Assembly (NCBI GenBank): GCA_963797545.1 | Contig: CAWCPU010000010.1 | Coordinates: 61,732-125,731, forward strand | DNA length: 64,000 nucleotides | Source of the DNA: an uncultured delta proteobacterium | GTDB taxonomy: Bacteria > Desulfobacterota > Binatia > UTPRO1 | Direction of reading: 5' to 3' | Shown: positions 47,000 to 57,835 of the stretch, in pieces | Layout of the letters: every line of letters begins with the position of its first letter | How positions within the stretch are numbered: position 1 is the stretch's first letter | Made by a program: the position numbers and the translations under genes | Notes under the pieces: generated by a model | What the model was told of the DNA's origin: nothing | The model's input: only the letters and a program-made list of their open reading frames with translations | The model's database searches: none

Positions 47000-48237
47000 G
47001 CCTCAAAGGCAAGACGATCGTCCTCGGCATCACCGGGGGAATCGCCGCCTACAAGAGCTGCGAGCTGATCCGGCTCCTGGTGCAGGCGGGCGCGTCGGTG
47101 CGCGTGGTCCTCACCCGCGCGGGCGCCGAGTTCGTGACGCCGCTCACGCTCCAGACGCTTTCCGGCAACCCGGTCGCGCGTCACACCTTCGATCTCACGG
47201 AGGAATCCGAGATCGGTCACATTCGGCTCGCGCAGAGCGCCGACGCGCTGGTGATCGCGCCGGCGACCGCGAACGTGATCGCGAAGCTCGCGAGCGGACT
47301 CGCCGATGATCTGCTCACGACGATCGCGTTGGCGACGCGCGCGCCGGTTCTCGTCGCTCCCGCGATGAACGTGCACATGTACGAGCACCGGCTGGTGCGC
47401 GACAACATCGCGCGGCTCGCCGCCGCCGGTACCGCGATCATCGACCCCGGAGAGGGTTTTCTCGCGTGCGGCTACGAAGGCGCCGGACGCCTCGCGGATC
47501 CCGCCGCGATCGTCGAGGAGATCCACGTCGCGCTGAGCGCAAAGGACTTCTCCGGTCAGCGAGTCGTCGTCACCGCGGGTCCGACGTGGGAGATGCTCGA
47601 CCCGGTTCGGCACCTCGCGAATCGCTCGTCCGGCAAGATGGGCTACGCGGTCGCGCGCGTCGCGCGCCGCCGCGGCGCCGACGTGACGTTGATCAGCGGA
47701 CCGACGCACCTGCCGCCGCCGAAGGGCGTCACGGTCTCACGCGTGACGAGCGCGCTCGAGATGGAGCGGGCGGTGACGGAGTCCGCGCCGACGGCGGACG
47801 TCGTGGTGATGGCCGCCGCGGTCGGCGACTATCGACCCGCGCTGGCGGCGCGCCACAAGATGAAGCGCGGCCGCGGCGAGATCGACGTCCGCCTGGTGCC
47901 GAACGCCGACATCCTCGCGCGCGTGAGCACGATCCCGGGCACTCGGATCCTGGTCGGCTTTGCCGCCGAGACCCGCAATTTGGTCGCCAATGCGCGCCGC
48001 AAGCTGCAAGCGAAGGGCGTGCACCTCATGGTGGCGAACGACGTCACCGCCGAGGGCGCCGGCTTCGACGTCGACACCAACGTGGTGACCTTGCTCGACC
48101 GCGCCGGCCGCGTCGAGCGGCTGGCGATCATGAGCAAGGAGGACGTCGCGACGGCGATCCTCGACCGGGTCCGTCAAATCCGGACGCCGCGTCGCAGTGA
48201 GAGCAGCGAGCCGCGGCGCCTGCCGCGATCGCGCTGA
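46996..48237 (+). CDS. coaBC: Phosphopantothenoylcysteine decarboxylase/ligase
   Basis: LGITGGIAAYK, HIRLA, APAMN, TAGPTWE.LDPVR.LANRSSGKMG, VGFAAET. Confidence 0.95.
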   Translation: MSLKGKTIVLGITGGIAAYKSCELIRLLVQAGASVRVVLTRAGAEFVTPLTLQTLSGNPVARHTFDLTEESEIGHIRLAQSADALVIAPATANVIAKLASGLADDLLTTIALATRAPVLVAPAMNVHMYEHRLVRDNIARLAAAGTAIIDPGEGFLACGYEGAGRLADPAAIVEEIHVALSAKDFSGQRVVVTAGPTWEMLDPVRHLANRSSGKMGYAVARVARRRGADVTLISGPTHLPPPKGVTVSRVTSALEMERAVTESAPTADVVVMAAAVGDYRPALAARHKMKRGRGEIDVRLVPNADILARVSTIPGTRILVGFAAETRNLVANARRKLQAKGVHLMVANDVTAEGAGFDVDTNVVTLLDRAGRVERLAIMSKEDVATAILDRVRQIRTPRRSESSEPRRLPRSR

Positions 48238-48331
48238 GACGGTCCGCGGCCGTCGCACGCTGGTGCGGTGGCCGCCGACCCTCGCGCGCTCGTGCGGCAC
48301 TGCGCCGCCGGCGACCGCGCTTCCCGACCGC

Positions 48332-49222
48332 TCAGGCGGCGCCGATCTCCGCCTGGAGCGCGGGAACGACGCGGGCGAGAATCGCGTCTTGCAACGCCGG
48401 CGTCAGCTCACGCCGGCGACGGAGAGCGCGCAGACGTTTGCGAATGTGCTCGGCGCGCGCGATGTTCTCACGGCCGGTCGGGTCGAGCGCGATGCAGCAC
48501 GCGTCGGGGCCGGTCTTGAGCACGTCGAGCGCGGCATTGCCGCAGAGGGTGTCGTAGCGGGTGAGCTCCGAAGCGGCGAGGCCGTAGCGCGAACGCGTCG
48601 CGACCCGCTGCATGAGGCGGCGCCATTGCTCGAGACGATGCAGCGCCAGCACCGAGTTGAAGATGCGTTTGTTGGTGCGAAACGAGAACAGCGTGCGCTC
48701 GACGGTGCGCTCCATCAGATCGTCGCAATCGCGGTGGAGGTGGCTCACGACGGCGTGCACGCGGTCCCAGCACGGCGTCGGCTGCATCGCGTCGAATCGC
48801 GCCTCCCAGTACGCGTGCTTCAAGGCTCGCGCCCGGAAGCTCACGATCAGCTGCAGCGGTACGAAATAGTTGTGCGAGTACGTGTCGCCCGCGAGATGGG
48901 TCAGGTATCCGTACGCGAACGCGCGCTCCGCGTCGCTGTGCGCGTTGTCGAGCACCTGCCATCCCACCGCCCACGAGTGGCAGTGGTAACGCAGGTCGCG
49001 CGTGAACTTCTTCGCCTGGATGATGTCCGCGCCGACGCAGCCGTAGAGGAACGCGTCGGCGTGTGCGCCGAGAATTTCTTGTAGGGTGGGGGTCAGGATG
49101 CTAAGACGCGACAAGACGGTTGCGCCATGTACCAGATGGGTGACCGGTCCCCACGCCAGCGCGTCGCCGGGCGCGAGCAACACGAGCGCCGCCGAGATGA
49201 CTCCGATGACGACGAGCATCAT
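48332..49222 (-). CDS. Exported zinc-dependent phospholipase C family protein
   Basis: Signal peptide then WGPVTH, D..AKK, CHSW, YGYLTHLAGDTYSHNYFVP. Confidence 0.8.
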   Translation of the reverse strand: MMLVVIGVISAALVLLAPGDALAWGPVTHLVHGATVLSRLSILTPTLQEILGAHADAFLYGCVGADIIQAKKFTRDLRYHCHSWAVGWQVLDNAHSDAERAFAYGYLTHLAGDTYSHNYFVPLQLIVSFRARALKHAYWEARFDAMQPTPCWDRVHAVVSHLHRDCDDLMERTVERTLFSFRTNKRIFNSVLALHRLEQWRRLMQRVATRSRYGLAASELTRYDTLCGNAALDVLKTGPDACCIALDPTGRENIARAEHIRKRLRALRRRRELTPALQDAILARVVPALQAEIGAA

Positions 49223-49318
49223 TGGCGAAAAGACTACTCCGCGTCGCAGAGGGCGACAACAGCAAATGCCAGCGGCAACGGCCCGTGCGTGCGCCGCGAC
49301 CGCGTCGGGTCGACGCCG

Positions 49319-50152
49319 ATGAACGAGCGACGCATTCTTCACGCGCTCGTGGTCGCGGCGCGAGCGCATGCCGAGTGGTTGCGCGAGACCGGGGTGGACG
49401 CGGTGGACGTTCCACCGGCTCGCGACATCCAGCCGGCGCCATCCGCCGCGCGGTCGGTCGAGGCGCCGCCAGGTGAGCTCGTCGCCGCCGATCTGCCGGC
49501 ATCGTCGAGTGACGCGGGGTCGCCGCGTCGCGACGTCGTCGCAGCGCCGCGGAGCGCCGCCGGCGATCTCTTCATGCCGGCCGGAGCGGCGAGCGCCGCG
49601 ACCCTCGACGACTTGCGCGCGGCGATCGGCGACTGCCAGCGCTGCAAGCTCGCGCCGCATCGCACCACGCTCGTCTTCGGCGTCGGTAACCCTCGGGCCG
49701 AGCTGGTGTTCGTCGGCGAGGCGCCGGGGCGCGACGAGGACCTCAAGGGCGAGCCGTTCGTCGGCCGCGCCGGCCAGCTGCTGACCGAGATCATCGTGAA
49801 GGGCATGAAGCTCCAGCGCGAGGACGTCTACATCGCGAACGTCATCAAGTGCCGGCCGCCGCAGAACCGCAATCCCGAGCCCGACGAGATCGCCTCGTGC
49901 GAGCCCTTCCTCATTCGTCAGCTGGAGGTCATCGGACCGAAGGTCATCGTCGCCCTCGGGACGTTCGCCGTGCAGGCGCTGCTCAAGATCCGTACGCCGA
50001 TCACGCGACTGCGCGGCAACTGGGCGGACTACCACGGCATCCCGTTGATGCCGACGTTCCATCCCGCCTACCTGCTGCGGAACCCCGGCGACAAGCGCCT
50101 GGTATGGCAAGACATTCAGCAGGTGATGAAAGTGCTCGGCCTGCCGCGATGA
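49319..50152 (+). CDS. Uracil-DNA glycosylase family 4
   Basis: [45 protein letters not shown]. Confidence 0.93.
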   Translation: MNERRILHALVVAARAHAEWLRETGVDAVDVPPARDIQPAPSAARSVEAPPGELVAADLPASSSDAGSPRRDVVAAPRSAAGDLFMPAGAASAATLDDLRAAIGDCQRCKLAPHRTTLVFGVGNPRAELVFVGEAPGRDEDLKGEPFVGRAGQLLTEIIVKGMKLQREDVYIANVIKCRPPQNRNPEPDEIASCEPFLIRQLEVIGPKVIVALGTFAVQALLKIRTPITRLRGNWADYHGIPLMPTFHPAYLLRNPGDKRLVWQDIQQVMKVLGLPR

Positions 50153-51438
50153 GGCGGTGGTCGCCGGTCGTCGTCGCGCTCGCGCTGATCGCGACGGCGA
50201 CGACGGCAGCCGCGGCGCGCGTCGACCTGATCGTGATCGACGGCACGATCAATCCGGCCGTCGACGATTTCATCGGCGAGAGCATCGCCACGAGCGCGCG
50301 CGACGGCGCCGTCGCGCTCGTGATCCAGCTCGACACGCCGGGCGGGTTGCTCACCTCGACCAAGCACATCGTCAAGGAGATCCTCGGCGCGCCGGTTCCG
50401 GTGATCGTCTACGTCGCGCCGGCCGGGGCGAGCGCATCCTCGGCCGGGGTGTTCGTGACGATGGCCGGCCACGTCGCGGCGATGGCGCCGGGAACGACGA
50501 TCGGCGCAGCGCACCCGGTCGGCCCCGGGGGCTCCGACGTCGGCGGCGACATGCGCGAGAAGATCGAGAACTTCACGGTGTCGTTCGGGCAGTCGATCGC
50601 CGAACGGCGCGGCCGCAACGTCGCATGGGCGGAGAAGGCGGTCCGTGAGAGCGTGTCGATCACCGAGAAGCAGGCGGTCGAGAAGAAGGTCGTCGACGTC
50701 GTCGCGCCGGACCTGAAGTCGCTGTTCGCGCAGATCGACGGCCGCGAGGTGCAGGTCGGCGACACGCGGCGGAAGCTCGCGCTCGGCCCCGATCCCGATC
50801 TCCATCGCCTGGAGATGCGGCTCAAGGACCGGCTGCTCGACCGCATCGCCGATCCGAACATCGCCTACCTGCTCTTCATGGCGGGCGTCCTCGGCCTCTA
50901 CTTCGAGTTCGCCCACCCCGGAGTCGTCTTTCCGGGCGTCGCGGGCAGCATCTGTCTTCTCCTCGCGCTCGCCGCCTTTCAGGTGTTGCCGATCAACGCG
51001 ACGGGAATCCTGTTGCTGCTGATCGGGATCGCGATGCTGATCGCCGAGATCTTCGTGGCCAGCTTCGGCGTGCTCGGCGTCGGCGGGGTTGCGGCGTTCG
51101 TATTGGGGTCGCTCTTCCTCTTCGACGCCGCTGATCCCACGATGGCGGTCCACCGGCCGATCATCGCGGCGGCGGCGCTGACGGTGAGCGCATTCTTCCT
51201 GGCCGTCGGCTATCTGGTTCTCCGGACGCAAGTGCGGCGCGCCACCACGGGCAGCGAAGGCCTCGTCGGCGAGCTCGGCGTGGTCCGCGAGCGCGTAATG
51301 GGAACCGGCAAGGTCTTCGTGCACGGCGAGTACTGGAACGCGGTAAGCGACGCGCCGCTCGAGGTCGGCGAGCGCGTCGAGGTGACGTCGGTCGAGCCCG
51401 GCATGCGCATCCGCGTGCGCCGGGCCGCGCAACCATGA
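50149..51438 (+). CDS. nfeD: NfeD family membrane serine protease
   Basis: [27 protein letters not shown]-terminal [14 protein letters not shown] fold; upstream of an SPFH gene. Confidence 0.92.
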   Translation: MRRWSPVVVALALIATATTAAAARVDLIVIDGTINPAVDDFIGESIATSARDGAVALVIQLDTPGGLLTSTKHIVKEILGAPVPVIVYVAPAGASASSAGVFVTMAGHVAAMAPGTTIGAAHPVGPGGSDVGGDMREKIENFTVSFGQSIAERRGRNVAWAEKAVRESVSITEKQAVEKKVVDVVAPDLKSLFAQIDGREVQVGDTRRKLALGPDPDLHRLEMRLKDRLLDRIADPNIAYLLFMAGVLGLYFEFAHPGVVFPGVAGSICLLLALAAFQVLPINATGILLLLIGIAMLIAEIFVASFGVLGVGGVAAFVLGSLFLFDAADPTMAVHRPIIAAAALTVSAFFLAVGYLVLRTQVRRATTGSEGLVGELGVVRERVMGTGKVFVHGEYWNAVSDAPLEVGERVEVTSVEPGMRIRVRRAAQP

Positions 51439-51448
51439 GGGGGGTCGT

Positions 51449-52219
51449 ATGGGTCTCGGACCGTTGTTGACCGCGCTGCTGTTCGCGGCCGTATTCGTGG
51501 TGAGCGGTCTGAAGGTGCTGCGCGAGTACGAGCGCGCGGTCGTCTTCCGTCTCGGCCGCCTGGTTGCGCACCGCGGGCCGGGCATCATCTACGTGATCCC
51601 GGCGCTCGAGCGGATGTTGAAGGTGGATCTCCGAACGATCACCATGGACATCCCACCGCAGGACGTGATCACCAAGGACAACGTGTCGGTGAAGGTGAAC
51701 GCGGTGCTCTACTTCCGCGTCATCGATCCGAATCGCGCGGTGGTCGAGGTCGAGAACTACCTCTTCGCGACGTCGCAGCTGGCCCAGACGACGCTGCGGA
51801 GCGTCTGCGGCGAGGGCGAGCTCGACGAGCTGCTCGCGGAGCGCGAGAAGATCAACTCACGCATTCAATCGATCCTCGACTCGCAGACCGAGCCATGGGG
51901 CATCAAGGTCGTGCTGGTCGAGCTCAAGCACATCGATCTGCCCGAAGCGATGCAGCGGGCGATGGCACGGCAGGCGGAGGCCGAGCGCGAGCGGCGCGGC
52001 AAGGTGATCGCGGCCGAGGGCGAGTACCAGGCCGCGCAGAAGATCACCGACGCGGCGCGGATCATCGAGACCCACCCGGTCGCGATCCAGCTGCGCTTTC
52101 TGCAGACGCTCGTCGAGGTCGCATCCGGCAACAACACGACGACGATCTTCCCGGTGCCGATCGATCTGCTCGGGCCGCTGCTGCACGCGAAGGAGTCGCC
52201 GGACGTTCCAAGAAGCTGA
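51449..52219 (+). CDS. SPFH/stomatin (slipin) family protein
   Basis: [48 protein letters not shown]. Confidence 0.94.
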   Translation: MGLGPLLTALLFAAVFVVSGLKVLREYERAVVFRLGRLVAHRGPGIIYVIPALERMLKVDLRTITMDIPPQDVITKDNVSVKVNAVLYFRVIDPNRAVVEVENYLFATSQLAQTTLRSVCGEGELDELLAEREKINSRIQSILDSQTEPWGIKVVLVELKHIDLPEAMQRAMARQAEAERERRGKVIAAEGEYQAAQKITDAARIIETHPVAIQLRFLQTLVEVASGNNTTTIFPVPIDLLGPLLHAKESPDVPRS

Positions 52220-52262
52220 TTTGACTGCCTTCCCGGTTCCAGGTTAGACGACCGGTTTCACC

Positions 52263-53291
52263 ATGGATTCGCAGCATCTCGACTACAGGCTCGATCCCGC
52301 TCTGATCGCGCAGCGCCCGCTCGCCGCGCGCGACGGCGGCCGCCTCTTGGTCGTCGACCGCGACCACGGCGTACGCGCACACACGGCGGTGCGGCGGCTC
52401 GACGAGTGGCTCCGTCGCGGCGACCTGCTGGTCGTGAACGACGCCGAGGTGATCCCCGCGCGCCTCCACGGCGAGCGTGCGAGCGGCGGCGCGATCGAAG
52501 TCCTGCTCACCGAGCAGCTCGACGACGACGGGCTGTGGGCGTGTCTCGGCCGGCGCACTCGGCGTCTGCACGACGGCGAGATCATCCGTTTCGGAGGCGG
52601 GCTCGAAGGCCGGTGGCAGGGCGGCGACGGCTCGTGCCGGCAGATCCGCCTTCGCGCCGAGGGCGATCTGGCGTCGGCGCTCCGGGAGCACGGCGAGCTT
52701 CCGTTGCCGCCGTACATCCATCGTCCTGCGGGTCCGCTTGCCGAGGACCACGTGCGTTATCAAACCGTTTTCGCGCGGGTGCCGGGCGCGGTCGCGGCGC
52801 CGACGGCGGGACTGCATTTCACCGAGCCGTTGCTCGCGCGGCTCGCCGCGGTGGGCGTCCAGCGCGTCGCGGTGACCCTGCTCGTCGGCCCGGCGACGTT
52901 CCTGCCGGTCCGCGAGGGCTTCGAGACGCGCACGGTGCCGAGCGAGCGGTACGAGATCTCGACGGCCGCCGCTGCCGCGATCGACGAGACGCGCGAGCGC
53001 GGTGGTCGCGTCGTCGCGGTCGGCACGACGACGGTGCGTGCGCTCGAGAGCGCCGCGACCGACGGCGGCAAGGTCCGAGCGGGACGTGGTCGCACCGACC
53101 TCGTCATCACGTCCGGCCATCGGTATCGTGTCGTCGACGCGCTGATGACGAACCTGCATCTGCCGCGGTCGAGCTTGCTCGCGCTCGTGGCCGCGTTCGG
53201 CGGCGTCGAGCCCGTCCTCGCAGCCTACCGCGCGGCTCTCCGCACCGGCTATCGCTTCTACAGCTACGGCGATGCCATGCTGATCCAGTGA
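52263..53291 (+). CDS. queA: S-adenosylmethionine:tRNA ribosyltransferase-isomerase
   Basis: IAQRP, VNDAEVIPARL, LPPYI, YQTVFA..GAVAAPTAGLHF, AVGTTTVRALES, YRFYSYGDAM. Confidence 0.96.
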   Translation: MDSQHLDYRLDPALIAQRPLAARDGGRLLVVDRDHGVRAHTAVRRLDEWLRRGDLLVVNDAEVIPARLHGERASGGAIEVLLTEQLDDDGLWACLGRRTRRLHDGEIIRFGGGLEGRWQGGDGSCRQIRLRAEGDLASALREHGELPLPPYIHRPAGPLAEDHVRYQTVFARVPGAVAAPTAGLHFTEPLLARLAAVGVQRVAVTLLVGPATFLPVREGFETRTVPSERYEISTAAAAAIDETRERGGRVVAVGTTTVRALESAATDGGKVRAGRGRTDLVITSGHRYRVVDALMTNLHLPRSSLLALVAAFGGVEPVLAAYRAALRTGYRFYSYGDAMLIQ

Positions 53292-54427
53292 TCGGTTTTC
53301 GGGTCCTTCGGCAGGCGCCGGGCTCCGCCGCGCGCCTCGGCTCGCTGAGCCTCGCTCACGGCGAGGTCGCGACCCCCGCGTTCATGCCCGTCGGCACGCG
53401 GGGGAGCGTGAAAGGGCTCACGCCGGCGCAACTCCACGAGACCGGAACCGAGATCGTCCTCGGCAACGCCTACCATCTGTCGCTGCGCCCGGGATCGGCG
53501 ACGATTGCCGCGTTGGGCGGACTGCATCGCTTCATGGGATGGGACGCTCCGATTCTCACCGACAGCGGCGGCTATCAGCTGTTCTCGCTCGCGGCGCTCG
53601 CGCGCGCCAGCGACGAGGGGATCAGCTTTCGCTCGCACATCGACGGCAGCGCGCACGTCGTCACGCCGGAGAGCATCGTCCGCGTGCAGGAGGAGTTGGG
53701 AAGCGACGTGGCGATGATCCTCGACGAGTGTCTCGCGGCCGGCGCGACCCGCGCCGCCCTCGAGCGCGCCGCGGAACGCACCGCGAGCTGGGCCGTGCGC
53801 GCCGCCGCGGTCCGGACACGGAAGGACCAGGCCCTGTTCGGCATCGTCCAAGGCGGTACCGATCTCGCGCTCCGCCGACAGTGCGTCGATGCCATGGTGG
53901 CGCTCGCGTTCGACGGCTACGCCATCGGCGGTCTGGCGGTCGGCGAGCCCCGCGAGACCACGTGGGCGGTCGCGGCACTGACCGCGGCGCAGCTGCCGGG
54001 CGATCGACCCCGGTACTTCATGGGCGGCGGTACGCCCGAAGACCTCGTCCGGCTGGTCGCCGCGGGCATCGATTTGTTCGACTGCGTTTTGCCGACGCGA
54101 CATGCGCGGAACGGCACGCTTTTCACGTCGAGCGGACCGGTCGTGCTCCGCCACGCCTGCTGCGCCGCCGACCATACTGCGGTCGACGCCGCATGCCCGT
54201 GCTATACGTGTCGCCGATTCAGCCGCGCGTATCTGCGGCATCTGCTGATGGCGCGCGAGCCGCTGGGCGTCACCCTCAACACGATCCACAACGTCACGCA
54301 CTACCAGAGGCTGATGGCCGACATGCGAAACGCGATTGCGAACGGAACGTTCGCCACGTTCGCCGCCGGCCGATCGCGGGACCGGCACCAAGGGGAGGAC
54401 CATGAGAGTGTGGCATGCCTGACGTAG
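53288..54427 (+). CDS. tgt: tRNA-guanine transglycosylase
   Basis: TPAFMPVGT, TDSGGYQ, LDEC, GIVQGG, GGLAVGE, CPCYTC..HN. Confidence 0.96.
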   Translation: MIGFRVLRQAPGSAARLGSLSLAHGEVATPAFMPVGTRGSVKGLTPAQLHETGTEIVLGNAYHLSLRPGSATIAALGGLHRFMGWDAPILTDSGGYQLFSLAALARASDEGISFRSHIDGSAHVVTPESIVRVQEELGSDVAMILDECLAAGATRAALERAAERTASWAVRAAAVRTRKDQALFGIVQGGTDLALRRQCVDAMVALAFDGYAIGGLAVGEPRETTWAVAALTAAQLPGDRPRYFMGGGTPEDLVRLVAAGIDLFDCVLPTRHARNGTLFTSSGPVVLRHACCAADHTAVDAACPCYTCRRFSRAYLRHLLMAREPLGVTLNTIHNVTHYQRLMADMRNAIANGTFATFAAGRSRDRHQGEDHESVACLT

Positions 54428-54759
54428 CGTTTGCGCAAGCGGGCCCGGGCGCGGGCGCGGTGGGGCCTGGACCGCTGGTGAGCATCGCACCGATCGCGCT
54501 GATGTTCGTGATCCTGTACTTTTTGCTCATTCGTCCTCAGCAGAAGCGAGCGCGTGAGCACGAGACGATGGTGCAGAACATCAAGCGCAACGACGAGATC
54601 ATCACCACCGGCGGCATCTACGCGCGGGTGCACGCGACGAGCGACAAGGTTCTGACGGTCGAGATCGCGCCGAACGTGAAGGTCCGCCTCGAGCGGGCGC
54701 AGGTGTCGAGTGTCGTCCGGGCCGGGAAGCCCGAGGAGCGCGACAAGGAGAAAGCATGA
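54415..54759 (+). CDS. yajC: Preprotein translocase subunit YajC
   Basis: ILYFLLIRPQQKR, DEIITTGGI; conserved tgt-yajC-secD order. Confidence 0.94.
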   Translation: MPDVAFAQAGPGAGAVGPGPLVSIAPIALMFVILYFLLIRPQQKRAREHETMVQNIKRNDEIITTGGIYARVHATSDKVLTVEIAPNVKVRLERAQVSSVVRAGKPEERDKEKA

Positions 54760-56341
54760 AAGTCGGTTATCGGGTGCTGCTGGTGGTCGCGCTGGTCGCC
54801 GCCGGGTTCGTCTACCTGGCGCCGTCGCTGGTGCGTCCGCTTCCCGGTTGGTGGCCGTCGTTCTTTCCGCGCGAGCCGATTCGCCTCGGACTCGATCTGC
54901 AGGGCGGTATCCACCTGATCCTGCAGGTCGAGGTGGACAAGGCAGTCGAGAACGCCCTCAACGGCACGATGGAAGACCTCAAGCGCGAGCTCGCAGCCGC
55001 GCAGATCACGACGTCGCGCGTCGAGCGCAAGGGCGACCGCATCTTCGTCCAGCTTCGCGATCCGGCGCAGAGCTCGAAGCTGTCCGATCTGTTGAAGAAC
55101 CAGTTTCCGGTGTTGGTGAACGCGCCGCAGGAAGGCGGCGACCCGAGCGTCCTCGCGCTCACCTTCGAGCCGCGCGAGCTGCGTCGCGTTCGCGAGTTCG
55201 CCGTCGACCAATCGCTCGAGACGATCCGCAACCGCATCGACCAATTCGGGGTGCGGGAGCCGGTCATCCAACGCAGCGGCAGCGACGGCATCCTCGTCCA
55301 GCTCCCGGGCATCCAGGATCCGCAGCGTGCGAAGGACTTGATCGGCAAGACCGCGGTGCTGGAGTTCAAGCTGGTGAGCGAGGCGGCTGCCGATCCGACC
55401 AAGCCGCCGCCGAGCGGCACCGAGATCGTCTACGGCCAGGAGCGCGACTCGGTGACGGGCCAGGTCAATCGCAAGATCCCGTACGTCCTCGAGCGCAAGA
55501 CGCTGATGACGGGCGAGGTGATCGCCGACGCGCGCGTGCGGCCGTCGACGCAGCTCGAGGGCCCGTACGTCGAGGTGGTGTTGAACAGTCGAGGGGCGAA
55601 GCTCTTCGACCAGCTCACGACGGCGAACGTCGGCCGTCGGCTCGCGATCGTGCTCGACAACACCGTGTACTCGGCGCCGGTGATTCGCGAGCGGATCGGC
55701 GGCGGGCGCGGCGTCGATCACCGGCAATTTCGACATCAAAGAGGCGCGGGATCTCGCGATCGTGTTGCGTGCCGGCGCCTTGCCGGCTCCGGTGGCGCTC
55801 GCCGAAGAGCGCACGGTCGGGCCGACGCTCGGCCGCGACTCGATCCACCAAGGCATGCTGTCGTTCGGCGTCGGCGCGTTGCTCGTGGTCGGTGTTCATG
55901 GTCGTCTACTACCGCGGCGCCGGCCTGATCGCGGACGCCGCCCTGATCCTCAACGTCTTCCTGATCATCGCGGGACTCGCCGCCTTCGAGGCGACGTTGA
56001 CTCTGCCGGGCATCGCCGGACTCGTCCTCACCCTCGGCATGGCGGTCGACGCCAACGTCCTCATCAACGAGCGCATCCGAGAGGAGCTGCGCCTCGGCAA
56101 GACGGTCCGCGCGGCCATCGACGCCGGCTACGAGCGCGCACTGCCCGCGATCCTGGATTCCAACATCACCACGTTCCTATCCGGCGTGATCCTCTTCCAG
56201 TTCGGATCGGGCCCGGTGAAGGGATTCGCGGTGACGCTCTGTATCGGTCTCGTCACCAGCGTGTTCACGGCCGTCGTGTGCACGCGCATCGTCTACGACT
56301 ACATGCTCGCCAACCGGCGCCTGACGCACGTCAGCATTTGA
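54756..56341 (+). CDS. secD: Protein translocase subunit SecD; two apparent +1 frameshifts near 55710 and 55891
   Basis: LGLDLQGG, RNRIDQFGVREP, LRAGALPAP, GMAVDANVLINERIREE; removing 2 nt gives 1584 nt. Confidence 0.93.
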
Positions 56342-56351
56342 AGGGAGAGCC

Positions 56352-57278
56352 ATGCTGCAGCTGATCAAGCCGGGGACGAACATCGACTTCGTCGGTCAAC
56401 GGAAGTACGCATTCGCGTTCTCGGGCGTTCTGGTGGGCCTGAGCATTCTGCTGATCCTGCTCGGCTGGGGGCCGCGCTACGGCATCGACTTCGCCGGCGG
56501 GACGCTCGTCCACGTCCGCTTCGTACACGACGTCGACATCGGGGCGATCCGCGGCGCGCTGCGCGACTTCGGCGACGTGTCGGTGCAGGAGTTCGGCAGC
56601 GCGAAGGGCGAGTACCTCCTGCGCATTCCGGAGTCGGCGAGCGACCTCGCCGGTCTCGGGACGCGCATCAAGCAGGAGCTCGACGGCGCGTTCGGCGCCG
56701 GCGCGTACGAGGTGCTCCGCAACGAGACGGTCGGGCCGCGCGTCGGCAAGGAGCTGCGTCGCAAAGCGATCATGGCGGTCGTCTTCTCGACGCTCATGAT
56801 GGGCGTCTACATCGCCCTGCGGTTCGAGATCCGCTTCGGCATCGGCGCCGCGGTCGCTCTGGTGCACGACGTGATCGTCACCATCGGCGCCTTGGTGCTG
56901 ATGCGCTACGAGTTCGACCTCACGATCGTCGCGGCGTTGCTGACGATCGTCGGCTTCTCGGTCAACGATACGGTCATCGTCTCCGATCGGATCCGCGAGA
57001 ACATGCGGAAGAGCCGGAGACAAGCGCTGCCCGTCCTGATCAACCAGAGCATCAACGAGACGCTCTCCCGCACCGTGCTGACGACGGGAACGGCGATCAT
57101 GGTCATCGTCGCGCTCTATCTCCTCGGTGGCAGCGTCATTCACGGCTTCGCCTTCGCCCTGTTGGTCGGGTTCACGATCGGCACGTACTCGTCGATCTTC
57201 GTGGCGAGCCCGATCGTGCTCGCGTTCGAACGCTCGCCGGCGCCGGCAGCGCGTCCTCGCCGGGCCGCATCGTCGTAG
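56352..57278 (+). CDS. secF: Protein translocase subunit SecF
   Basis: YGIDFAGG, VGPRVGKEL, HDV, GFSVNDTVIVSDRIREN, TLSRT, GTYSSIFVA. Confidence 0.95.
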   Translation: MLQLIKPGTNIDFVGQRKYAFAFSGVLVGLSILLILLGWGPRYGIDFAGGTLVHVRFVHDVDIGAIRGALRDFGDVSVQEFGSAKGEYLLRIPESASDLAGLGTRIKQELDGAFGAGAYEVLRNETVGPRVGKELRRKAIMAVVFSTLMMGVYIALRFEIRFGIGAAVALVHDVIVTIGALVLMRYEFDLTIVAALLTIVGFSVNDTVIVSDRIRENMRKSRRQALPVLINQSINETLSRTVLTTGTAIMVIVALYLLGGSVIHGFAFALLVGFTIGTYSSIFVASPIVLAFERSPAPAARPRRAASS

Positions 57279-57518
57279 CGGGCTGCACCCGCCGCGGGCC
57301 TGGGTGCGATCTGCGATGGGATGTGACACGCAGGTCGCGCCCCTCGGCAGCGCCCTTTCGGCGTCTCGGGCGACCGGCACGGTGAGGCACCGCGTATAAT
57401 ATCTAATGATCTCCAGTACTTGTGTTGGCGGCGCTGCCTCCGAACGAGGCTGCTGGCTTGACGGGATTTTTGACACCGTGGTATACGCCACGCATTCCAA
57501 TCACGGAGAAAGCGCCCC

Positions 57519-57710
57519 ATGTTCAGCCGGGACGACACGTACTTGAACAGCAAAGAGGTGGCGCAGATCCTCGACGTCAGTCCCGACACCGTGAACGAGC
57601 TGGCGCGGAAGCACGTGCTGCCGGCTTTCAAGCAGGGGCGGCAGTGGCGGTTTCGGAAGCGCGACATCGCGTCGTTTAAGCGGCAACTGCGGGGGACTAC
57701 CGCCGCCTGA
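57519..57710 (+). CDS. Small excisionase-like (HTH_17/MerR-type) DNA-binding protein
   Basis: YLNSKEVAQILDVSPDTV..LA..LPAFKQGRQWRF; GGAGAAAG RBS. Confidence 0.8.
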   Translation: MFSRDDTYLNSKEVAQILDVSPDTVNELARKHVLPAFKQGRQWRFRKRDIASFKRQLRGTTAA

Positions 57711-57754
57711 TCCGGCGTTCCCCACCCCCCGAAGCGCATCACACGCAGCATCAG

Positions 57755-57787
57755 CCCGAAGGAGCGGAGTCACCTTCGGGTTTTTTT
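57755..57787 (+). terminator. Rho-independent terminator
   Basis: CCCGAAGG / 10-nt loop / CCTTCGGG followed by T7. Confidence 0.8.
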
Positions 57788-57835
57788 GGGTCTCGCCCGG
57801 GAGAATCGCGGGTCCGGCATCGCAGAGGGGGGTGC

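Noticed and set aside
15212-57517. Shared 14-mer CGGAGAAAG(T/C)GCCC upstream of the KS (15212) and the HTH gene (57504)
   Set aside because: Both copies occupy the RBS position; most simply a shared SD context or chance
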